From Macrostomum lignano (taxonomy: Eukaryota), in contig NIVC01000661.1 of the NCBI GenBank assembly GCA_002269645.1, positions 62,001-126,000 of the forward strand: a DNA stretch of 64,000 nt. Reading direction: 5' to 3'. Each line of letters begins with the position of its first letter. The first letter of the stretch is position 1. The notes beneath the pieces are model-generated. The model was not told the origin of the DNA, ran no database searches, and worked only from the letters and a program-made list of their open reading frames with translations. Made by a program: the position numbers and the translations under genes. Positions 23,905 to 35,900 of the stretch are shown piece by piece.

Positions 23905-26900
23905 TTACTTAAAGCTGAGCATGACACTCTTGCTAATTGAGTCACCTATCCGCTTGTCAAATATCCTGTCGTGACAGATGCCAGACAAAAGGCGGCGTCG
24001 TTCCGCATCGGTCTCGCATGCCGCGTACGCGTCTAGCAGTCTGAAATTAATAAATAAACGAGATGAACTACCTGAAAAGTTTCCAACTTTCTACTGAGAT
24101 AAGTAGTGTACGTAGAAGAATGCAATTATTATTTTTATGAAAGGTTAAAACTTACGCTGGCACAGTGGGGTACTGCTGCACAATGGCAAGCGCTTTCTCC
24201 ATAGTAACGCCGCCAATTTGGAGCAGGTGCTTGGCTAGCATCTCTCGAACGACAAGTTTCTAAAAAAGGTTCATGGAGATTTGAAAATTTATTGCTTGAG
24301 ATTTAAAAGTTGTGTTGTGGTTATTAAAAAAATTATAATACATTTCGGTATTTACGATAGATTACTTCCGATACAATATTAATGCTTATAATTGACTTTT
24401 TATACATATCGGTACTTATACTTAACTTTCAATATATATCATTGCGTATAATTAACTTTCGATACATATCGGTACTTTAAATTTACTTTCGATACATATC
24501 GGCTCACCTTAGACTTAATTGCAGCCCTATTAAACTCGGCAAAGTCCACCGCATTAGCATCGGTGCCCGGACCGCCCAGCGGCAGCACGGCTGAAACAGT
24601 CGGTCTGGAGTCCTTGGAGACACCTCCGGTTGCCGGCATGCTGTCATAGACTAGCAGCTGCCGGCCGCTGTACAGATCTCTCAGGTGGCAGGTCAGCAAG
24701 GTGAGATAGCTCACAGTGTGCTGAGCAGAGTCCGTGTACTTCACAGCGCAGCCGTCAATCAGCTGCGAGTTGCAGACGGCCTGGGCGAGCGTCTCCTCCG
24801 GCATGCGCACGTGACCGCCGGAACGACCGCCGAAGCCTTCAACTAGAAGCAGCAGCTGGGCGATGCCGGACCTGCGCAGTCGGAACTTCTGCTCCTTGAA
24901 CCGGCCGTCCTTGATGCTGCTGGCCAGATCGTCAAGTCGCTTCCGTTCCACTAGCAGATTGAGCACCGCTTCGCGTCCCGTGGCTGCAGGATTAGTTTTA
25001 GTAAAAAAAGATAAAATAGCAAAAAATGTTGATTTTCTACTTTCAGTAGATGCAAGCAGGCAGAAGCGAAAAAAAACAATTTTAATTGAATAACAACTGC
25101 AATTATAAGTGCACTAATTGTACAGACTAAAAAGCAACTCACAGCGACACTTGGCCACCCAGAGGAAGTCGGACACCTGCAGTGGACGCACATCGCATTT
25201 GACATTGTTGCGCAGTAGGCCGGGCAGTAACATCTGCTTCACGCTGCCCATGCTGAGGAAGTGGTTGAAAATTATGCGTAAATCTTATTTGTTACGACTA
25301 TAACAATGCCACTTTATCAGTGGAAGCTACGTTCGTAATATTAGTAACAAAAAAGGTCCCAAGACTTGAAAGTTTTAGACAACTGATGGTTATTAGACAC
25401 CACGGTTTCGGACACCTGAAGGTTTTGGACACCTGAAGGTTTCGGACACCTGAAGGTTGTAGACACCTGAAGGTTTTAGAAACCTGAGGGTTTTTAACAC
25501 CTGGATGTTTTGGACACCTGAACGCTTTTAGACACCTGAAGGGTTTTAGAAACTCCAAGGTTAACTAAAACACCGAGAGATGCATTCCAATCCCTTACCC
25601 GAAGTGCTCGCGATTATCGATACAGAAGATGACATCGAAGCCGCCAGGCTGAATGCTGTACAGCAGCTTGGCACCTGGCTCCGATTCGGCTGAGGATGCA
25701 GCTGCCGACTCTGAGGTTCCCGTCGCTGTTGCGGAGGCGTGGCGTTGCCATGACAACGATTTGTTTGTTATCAACGGCTTACTGAGCAGCAGGGAGGCGC
25801 TGTTGGACATCGCAGCGCTCGCGGGAGGATTGGGATTTGAGCTGACTGGGATTTGGGAAATTGGGGGGAAGCGCGAGTTGAGTTGAGAGTGAAAGTCATT
25901 AATTGTGGATCAGGACAACACTGGCTTTAGAATCGGATTGAGATCACTTTGGAATTTCAAGGATTGGGATCAATTCGGGATTTCATGCATTAGGATTACT
26001 TGGGGATTTTATGGATGGGATCACGGGATTTCATGAATTGGGATCAATCTGGGATTTTATGGATGGGATCACGGGATTTCATGAATTGGGATCAATTTGG
26101 GATTTCATGGATTGGGATCAATTTGGGATTTCATGGATTGGGATCAATTCGGGATTTCATGGATTGGGATCAATTTGGGATTTCATGGATTGGGATCAAT
26201 TCGGGATTTCATGGATTGGGATCAATTCGGGATTTCATGGATTGGGATCAATTTGGGATTTCATGAATTGAGAAAAATTTGGGATTTCATGGATTGGGAA
26301 CAATTTGGGATTTCATGAATTGGGATCAATTTGGGATTACATGGATTGGGATCAATTTGGGATATCATGGTTTGGGATCACTTTGGGGATTAGGATCAAG
26401 GGATTTTATGATTCACTTACCTGTACGCAAAGGTGGCGGCGGAGGTAGAGGCTTGTTTTCAATGCTCCTTGATGAGGCCGCTGTCGCCGCAGCCGCAGCC
26501 TCCGCAGCCTCCGCAGCCGCAGCCTCCGCAGCCTCCGCAGCCGCAGCAGCCGCAGCCGCCGCCGCAGCTTTAGTGCTGAGTTCCGGCAAGTCCCGTTCTC
26601 TAACAAAGGCAGCCACCTGGCCGTCAGTAAACCGCCTGGAAAAAGCAGCAAGGTACAGAATCTGTCAGTCTGAGGTCAGTCTCAGGTGTTGAGATCCCGT
26701 ACAAGGTGCTCACCCGATTGCGGCCAAATCAAGCGTGTAGTGCAGGTTGGACCTGACCAGCTGTTCGTATTCGCATAGCACCAGCGCACAATCGGCATCA
26801 ATTATTGAATCAAATTTTCGCCATGCCAAAGACTTACTACTCACTATTGAGTAGTCAGGCTCGGAGCAGTAGTCGAATATTAGCGATAATTTAGGCTGCA

Positions 26901-29900
26901 GCTGGAGTAGCTCCTGGCGAGGCGGCGAAGGCAACGGAGCGACTGGAGGTTCAGCTTCGTCAGAATCGGACACAGAGTGCACAGAGTAATTAACAGGTGC
27001 CTTCTCCTCATCTGAGTCCGATATTGCATGCACCGACTGTTTTCTTGGCTTTGATGTTGCCGACGCCGCAGACTCGGCGTCCTTTGATGTCGTTGACGCT
27101 TTGATAGACTTCTTTGCGTTTTTAGGAACTCCGGCTGCCGCCTTTGATCTTGCCGCCGCTGCCGCCGGCGCAGTCGGTTGTTTATCAGCCTTATCAGCGG
27201 TGGCGGCAGACATCAAAGACGCCGCCGCTGATTGGCCAGCCGGGGTGAGGGTATAGGTGCCTGGGTTGCGGCCGGCGGCCGGTCTGCGGTCCACCAGGCC
27301 CCGTTTGACGAGGCCGCTCATGGCCGACCAGGCCGTGTAGTGAGAGCCGGCCGCCGGCTAATAGTGCAGAGGTGACGGCGGTGAAGATCAAAGGAAATTA
27401 ATCAATTACTTGGATCAGGTGTGAGCGGTCAATTAACCAAGTGCACGCAGCCACATTGGGTGTACACTAATTATATTTGATAGACAGACAGCGCACAAAT
27501 TGATAAGGTAAAAATTAATATCATACAAAATGATTACTGTTAGTAGGCACGGGTATCTCCCAACACAGAGAATCGCCCTTGAATCTCCCAACCCAGAGAA
27601 TCGCCCTTAAAGAATCTCCCAACCCAGAGAATCACCCTTAAAGAATCTCCCAACCCAGAGAATCGCCCTTAAAAAAACTCCCAACCCAGAGAATCTCCCT
27701 TAAAGGATCTCTTAACCCAGAGAATCGCCCTTAAAGAATCTCCCCACCCAGATATCACCCTTAAAGAATCTCCCAACCCAGAGAATCGCCCTTAAAGAAT
27801 CTCCCCACCCAGATATCACCCTTAAAGAATCTCCCAACCCAGAGAATCGCCCTTAAAAAAACTCCCAACTAAGACAATCGCTCTTAAAGAATCTCCCAAC
27901 CCAGAGAATCGCCTTCAAAGAATCTCCCAACCAAGAGAATTGCCTTCAAAGAATCTCCCAACCAAGAGAATTGCCTTCAAAGAATCTCCCAACCCAGAGA
28001 ATCGCCTTCAAAAAATCTCCTAACCCAGAGAATCGCCCTCAAAGAATCTCGCAACTAAGACAATCGCCCTAAAAGAATCTCCCAACTAAGACAATCGCCC
28101 TAAAAGAATCTCCCAACTCAGAGAATCGCCTTAAAGAATCTCCCAACTAAGACAATCGCCCTAAAAGAATCTCCCAACTCAGAGAATCGCCTTAAAGAAT
28201 CTCCCAACCCGGAGAATCACCATCCAAGAATTTCTTCTTAAGAACCCTTTTCAAGAGCTACCTGAGAACAAAGAACCTCATCTTTATATTATAATAATTC
28301 GTAAGACCTTTTTTCTATGCACCTACATAGGGAAAATTCCTATTATAACTATGAATATTGTATTATACAACTAACCCAACCCAAGTGATTAGTCGTAGTC
28401 ATTGAATTGGACACTGTCATATAATGTCAGGACATTGTATTGTAAATCGAAAAAAACTTCAATAGGTTTCCACCGTTTCTTTGAAGAGTTCCGACACTAG
28501 TGGGCATTGCCTATCCCTGAAGAAGAATATAAAATATTAGGAATGTTGGCACTTACTTTTGAGGACTTCGGGTTTGAGGACTTGTCCCTCTCTTCTATCT
28601 CTCTCTCCTTTGTCTCTCCTCTCTAAAACTAACAGGAAGGGGTAGAGCTTGGCCTACAAAGTACATTACTACAACTACTTTCAGCATTGAAGCTTCTCCC
28701 TTATCCACGGTCACAGTTTCAAGAGCTCTCAACCAGTCTGGATATGAGAGGCAAAGGTTTCAGGAGTGAGCCCAAAATTATGGCCAGTGAGGGGTGGGGG
28801 GCTATAACTATGGATTATGAAAGCTGAGCTAACTGAATTTATTGCCTGGAAGTTTAAAAAGGCTCAGCTGATGGAAATTGCAGCTTATATATTTTATGCT
28901 CATAAGCTGTGAGAACTAAATAATAATATATAATGCAGCAAATCATTAAAATATTTAGTCACGGTTCAATCGCGGTCTAACAGACTCTATCCACAGCCAG
29001 TGGGTCTCTATCCACAGTCAGTGGGTCTCTATCCACAGCCAGTGGGTCTCTATCCACAGTCAGTGGGTCTCTATCCACAGTCAGTGGGTCTCTATCCACA
29101 GTCAGTGGGTCTCTATCCACAGCCAGTGGGTCTCTATCCACAGTCAGTGAGTCTCTATCCACAGTCAGTGGGTCTCTATCCACAGTCAGTGGGTCTCTAT
29201 CCACAGCCAGTGGGTCTCTATCCACAGTCAGTGGGTCTCTATCCACAGTCAGTGGGTCTCTATCCACAGTCAGTGGGTCTCTATCCACAGCCAGTGGGTC
29301 TCTATCCACAGTCAGTGGGTCTCTATCCACAGCCAGTGGGTCTCTATCCACAGTCAGTGGGTCTCTATCCACAGCCAGTGGGTCTCTATCCACAGCCAGT
29401 GGGTCTCTATCCACAGCCAGTGGCCTCTATCCACAGCCAGTGGGTCTCTATTCACAGCCAGTGGGTCTCTATCCACAGCCAGTGGCCTCTATCCACAGCC
29501 AGTGGGTCTCTATCCACAGCCAGTGGGTCTCTATCCACAGCCAGTCCAGTGAGACTGTTCCAATGCGATCGCGGGAATCGAACCTCCGACGCTCTAACCA
29601 CCAGGCTACAACCCGTACAAGGACAATAGCTGCGGCTGAGCTGTCGGTTGCACACCTGGCCCAACTGGGTCATAATTATTATTACTGAAACACACAGAAG
29701 AAGCCGGACTCACATCGGTGAAGGAGCTGTCGCAGATGGGCTGAGCAAGGCTGATGAGTTCGGCTTTGCTCAGCGTATAGTCAGGACCACCGCTATCCAG
29801 CAGAGTGAGCAGCATTGCGTGAGCACCCGTGCCAGGCTTTGGATTGAATGGTCGGTGCAACTGCGACAGACTCAGCTGGGGCGACTGCTGACTCGGCGTG

Positions 29901-32900
29901 GGGGCTCTCTGCGAATATGGACAGCATTTTTGTATGGCTTGACAGTTGGGTCAGGAAGTGGATTAATAACTGCGTCAAAAGCTAGGTCAAGATATGGGTC
30001 AAGAATTAGGTCAATAACTGGGTCAGGATATAGTTAAAAAGGTGGGTCAATAGCCGAATCAGGATATGGGACAAAAAGTTTGTCAATAGCTGGTTCAGGA
30101 TATGGGTCAAGAAGTGGGTCAATAACTGGGTCAAGAAGAGGGTCAAGAAGTGGGTCAATAACTGGGTCAGGATATGGGTCAGGAAGTAGATCAATAACTG
30201 AGTCAAGAAGAGGGTCAAGAAGTGGGTCAATAACTGGGTCAGGATATGGGTCAGGAAGTAGATCAATAACTGAGTCAAGAAGTAGATCAATAACTGAGTC
30301 AAGAAGAGGGTCAATAACTGTGTCAAAAAGTGGGTCAGGATATGGGTCAGGAAGTAGATCAATAACTGAGTCAAGAAGTGGATCAATAACTGAGTCAAGA
30401 AGTAGGTTAATAACTGGGTCAAGAATTGGGTCAATAGCTGAGTGAGGATATGGGTCAAAAAGTTGGTCAATATCTGGGTCAGTAATGGGTCAATAACTGG
30501 GTCAAGAATTGGGTTAATAGCTGGGTCAGGATATTGGTAAATAAGTGGGTCAAGTGAGCAAGTAAGTCGATATTAAGGCAAGCAAAAAGTAAAAATTGAC
30601 ATCTAGATAGCTAGAGAATTCGAATCGCATGTTGTAAATTTCTAGAATTATGACTAGCAATCTACGCCCCCCGTTGGGGAGCCAAAGAAATGCAATATAC
30701 GTTTTTTTAATAAGCTACATGTATCCTTGAAATCTTAAAAAATCTCCTGTCAAACCTTGTAAGCCTTGACATGTCAGTAATTCCCCCCACAAGCTTTAAC
30801 ATATCAACTTCCCCCCCTTGATATCTCAGCAATGCCCCCAATAAGCCTTGGAAATCTAAAAATATCTGTCAACCTTCTAACCCTAACCCTAGCCTAACCC
30901 TAACCCTAACCCTAACCCTAACCCTAACCCTAACCGTAACCTAACCCTAAAGCATTAAAATTTTAGTAATTCTCTCTAAGAGTCATTATAGCACTACTAC
31001 AGCATTATAGCAATTCCCTGCAAGCCTCGACATCGTAGGGATTCCCAAATGAATCTCTTAACTTCGACATGAAGCTTCTTTTATTTTTTACATTACGCTT
31101 TTTTATCAGCGATCCCTCCCCTGAGGAGGCATCAAATAATGTAATAAAAAGTTTTCAATAAACTACATGTAGCTTCTGGCTTTAGCCTTGAAATTTCATT
31201 TATACCCCCGTGAGCCTTGACATCTCAGCTATTCCCCCCGTAAGCCTTGACATGTCAGCGATGGCCCCCATAAACCTTGAAATCTAAAAAATCCCCTGTT
31301 AACCTTGAAACCTGATAAAATCTAACCCTCAACCCACACCTGACCTAAAAACTAACTTTAACCGAACCTAAAGCCTTGAAATCTCAGAAATTCTTCTCCC
31401 CTAAGCCTTGACATTTTAGTGATTCCTTCTTTAAGAATCACAGCACTATAACGATTTCCACCAAGCTTTGACATCGTAGCCATTCCCAAATGAATCTTTT
31501 AACTTCGACATGACTTTTCTTTTATGTATACTTAGTGCTACTTTTATTTTTTACATGACTCTTCTTCTATCAGCGCCCCCCGTGGCGAGCCAACAAAGAA
31601 TGCAATAAAAAAATTGAGTAAAGTACATGAACTTTGAAGTAGCTTCTGACTTTTGCTTTGACATCTCAGAAACCCCCCCCCGTAATCTCAGTTATTCTCT
31701 GAGAGCCTTTACGTCTCAGTTTTTCACCCCAGCACAGCATTATAGCTGCATTTAATTTTTACATGACACCCTTCATGTCTGACATGACGCTTCTTTTATT
31801 CTACCATGATGCTTCTTAATTTTTTAAATGACACTTTCATTAGTTTTTAAATTAGGCTTCTATGATTTTTTCATGACGCTTCTAAGATTTTTACATGATG
31901 CTTCTGATTTTTTCATGACGCTTCTAAGATTTTCACATGATGCTTCTATGATTTTTTATATAATGCTTCTATGATTGTTTATATGACGCTTCTATGCTTT
32001 TTACATGACGCTTCTATGATTTTTTTATATGACGCTTCCATGATTGTTTACATGACGCTTCTATGATTGTTTACATGACGCTTCTATGATTTTTACATGA
32101 CGCTTCTATGATTTTTTACTTGACGCTTCTATGATTGTCTACATGACGCTTCTATGCTTTTTACATGACGCTTCTATGCTTTTTACATGACGCTTCTATG
32201 ATTGTTTATATGACGCTTCTATGATTGTTTATATGACGCTTCTATGATTTTTACATGACGCTTCTATGATTTTTTACATGATGCTACTATGATTTTTACA
32301 TGATGCTTCTATGATTTTTTACATGACGCTTCCATGATTTTTACATGACGCTTCTATGATTTTTTCATGACGCTCCTATGATTTTTTACATGACGCTTCT
32401 ATGATTTTTTCATGACGCTCCTATGATTTTTTACATGACGCTTCTATGATTGTTTACATGACGCTTCTATGATTTTTTCATGACGCTCCTATGATTTTTT
32501 ACATGACGCTTCTATGATTGTTTATATGACGCTTCTATGCTTTTTATATGACGCTTCTTCGATTTTTTACATGACGCTTCTATGATTGTTTACATGACGC
32601 TTCTATGATTGTTTATATGACGCTTCTATGGTTTTTAATATGACGCTTCTATGATTGTTTACATGACGCTTCTATGCTTTTTACATGACGCTTCTATGAT
32701 TATTTCATGACGCTTCTACAATTTCTGCAGGACGCTCCTATGATTTTTTCATGACGCTTCTATGCTTTTTTATATGACACTTCTATGATTGTTTATATGA
32801 CGCTTCCATGATTTTTTACATGACGCTTCTATGATTTTTTTACATTACGCTTCTATGATTGTTTACATGACACTTCTATGATTTTTTCATGACGCTTCTA

Positions 32901-35900
32901 TGCTTTTTATATGACGCTTCTATGATTGTTTACATGACGCTTCTATGATTTTTTACATGACGCTTCTATGATTGTTTATATGACGCTTCTATGCTTTTAT
33001 ATGACGATTCTATGATTTTTACATGACGCTTCTAAGATTTTTACATGATGCTTCTGATTTTTTCATGACGCTTCTAAGATTTTCACATGATGCTTCTATG
33101 ATTTTTTATATAATGCTTCTATGATTGTTTATATGACGCTTCTATGCTTTTTACATGACGCTTCTATGATTTTTTTATATGACGCTTCCATGATTGTTTA
33201 CATGACGCTTCTATGATTGTTTACATGACGCTTCTATGATTTTTACATGACGCTTCTATGATTTTTTACTTGACGCTTCTATGATTGTCTACATGACGCT
33301 TCTATGCTTTTTACATGACGCTTCTATGCTTTTTACATGATGCTACTATGATTTTTACATGACGCTTCTATGATTTTTTACATGATGCTACTATGATTTT
33401 TACATGATGCTTCTATGATTTTTTACATGACGCTTCCATGATTTTTACATGACGCTTCTATGATTTTTTCATGACGCTCCTATGATTTTTTACATGACGC
33501 TTCTATGATTGTTTACATGACGCTTCTATGATTTTTTCATGACGCTCCTATGATTTTTTACATGACGCTTCTATGATTGTTTATATGACGCTTCTATGCT
33601 TTTTATATGACGCTTCTTCGATTTTTTACATGACGCTTCTATGATTGTTTACATGACGCTTCTATGATTGTTTATATGACGCTTCTATGGTTTTTAATAT
33701 GACGCTTCTATGATTGTTTACATGACGCTTCTATGCTTTTTACATGACGCTTCTATGATTATTTCATGACGCTTCTACAATTTCTGCAGGACGCTCCTAT
33801 GATTTTTTCATGACGCTTCTATGCTTTTTTATATGACACTTCTATGATTGTTTATATGACGCTTCCATGATTTTTTACATGACGCTTCTATGATTTTTTT
33901 ACATTACGCTTCTATGATTGTTTACATGACACTTCTATGATTTTTTCATGACGCTTCTATGCTTTTTATATGACGCTTCTATGATTGTTTACATGACGCT
34001 TCTATGATTTTTTACATGACGCTTCTATGATTGTTTATATGACGCTTCTATGCTTTTATATGACGATTCTATGATTTTTACATGACGCTTCTAAGATTTT
34101 TACATGATGCTTCTGATTTTTTCATGACGCTTCTAAGATTTTCACATGATGCTTCTATGATTTTTTATATAATGCTTCTATGATTGTTTATATGACGCTT
34201 CTATGCTTTTTACATGACGCTTCTATGATTTTTTTATATGACGCTTCCATGATTGTTTACATGACGCTTCTATGATTGTTTACATGACGCTTCTATGATT
34301 TTTACATGACGCTTCTATGATTTTTTACTTGACGCTTCTATGATTGTCTACATGACGCTTCTATGCTTTTTACATGACGCTTCTATGCTTTTTACATGAC
34401 GCTTCTATGATTGTTTATATGACGCTTCTATGATTGTTTATATGACGCTTCTATGATTTTTACATGACGCTTCTATGATTTTTTACATGATGCTACTATG
34501 ATTTTTACATGATGCTTCTATGATTTTTTACATGACGCTTCCATGATTTTTACATGACGCTTCTATGATTTTTTCATGACGCTCCTATGATTTTTTACAT
34601 GACGCTTCTATGATTGTTTACATGACGCTTCTATGATTTTTTCATGACGCTCCTATGATTTTTTACATGACGCTTCTATGATTGTTTATATGACGCTTCT
34701 ATGCTTTTTATATGACGCTTCTTCGATTTTTTACATGACGCTTCTATGATTGTTTACATGACGCTTCTATGATTGTTTATATGACGCTTCTATGGTTTTT
34801 AATATGACGCTTCTATGATTGTTTACATGACGCTTCTATGCTTTTTACATGACGCTTCTATGATTATTTCATGACGCTTCTACAATTTCTGCAGGACGCT
34901 CCTATGATTTTTTCATGACGCTTCTATGCTTTTTTATATGACACTTCTATGATTGTTTATATGACGCTTCCATGATTTTTTACATGACGCTTCTATGATT
35001 TTTTTACATGACGCTTCTATGATTGTTTACATGACACTTCTATGATTTTTTCATGACGCTTCTATGCTTTTTATATGACGCTTCTATGATTGTTTACATG
35101 ACGCTTCTATGATTTTTTACATGACGCTTCTATGATTGTTTATATGACGCTTCTATGCTTTTATATGACGATTCTATGATTTTTACATGACGCTTCTATG
35201 ATTTTTTAGATGACGCTTCTATGATTGTTTACATGATGCTTCTATGATTTTTTACATGATGCTTCTATGATTGTTTACATGACGCTTCCATGATTTTTTT
35301 CATGACGCTTCTATGACTTTTTAGATGACGCTTCTATGATTTTTTTACATGACGCTTCTATGATTTTTTAGTTTTCTTGGTGTAAAAAAACTTTAATTAA
35401 AAAAACTCCACTCTCTAAAAATTCAAACCATCGTCCCTGCATTTAGCAGTCTAGGCTAGCTCTCATCGTTTTGATAACATGAATTTTAGCACTTCTATAA
35501 TTATAAGTTTCAAAACTCCAAGCATAGAGTAAATCACACAAGGCAGTTATGACATAATCAATTTCTCAGTCAGTCAGTATCAGTTAACAATATGGTTACG
35601 CAATCTAAATCAAGTCTGGTGCTATGCTTCCACACTGCATTTTCAATACTGTGACGCAATTCAAGTCGGAGTTACAATTCAGTTATGATGCAATCTATTT
35701 CAGAATCAGAATTTAACCAGTCAGTTTTTTCTCTAGCATTCTTACAATGCATTTCAAGTCGAAAAGTTTGCTTGAACTTTGCAAAAAAGCATGTTTTTCG
35801 AATATTTAATCGCTTTAACATGGAGTAATTTCTTAGCCAAGATGCATGTACCGTCACGGGAAAATTTCTGATCGAACAGTGCAAGTCTCATGAAAATCGG

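Noticed and set aside
28637-28766. Plus-strand exon-like segment (ctaacag|GAAGGG...AGGA|gtgagc) nested antisense in MUS81
   Set aside because: Its pyrimidine tract is simply the complement of the purine-rich minus-strand cassette candidate, and no partner exons were found. It is kept only as an alternative.
29560-29615. tRNA gene
   Set aside because: The A and B boxes are only 13 nt apart and no cloverleaf forms, so it is a SINE-head relic.
28977-30470. VDRDPL, GLYPQ and GSRS repeat ORFs
   Set aside because: They are intronic minisatellites inside MUS81, whose exons splice around them in phase.
30877-30950. (CCCTAA)n as a chromosome end
   Set aside because: It is short, internal and embedded in a dispersed element within an intron.
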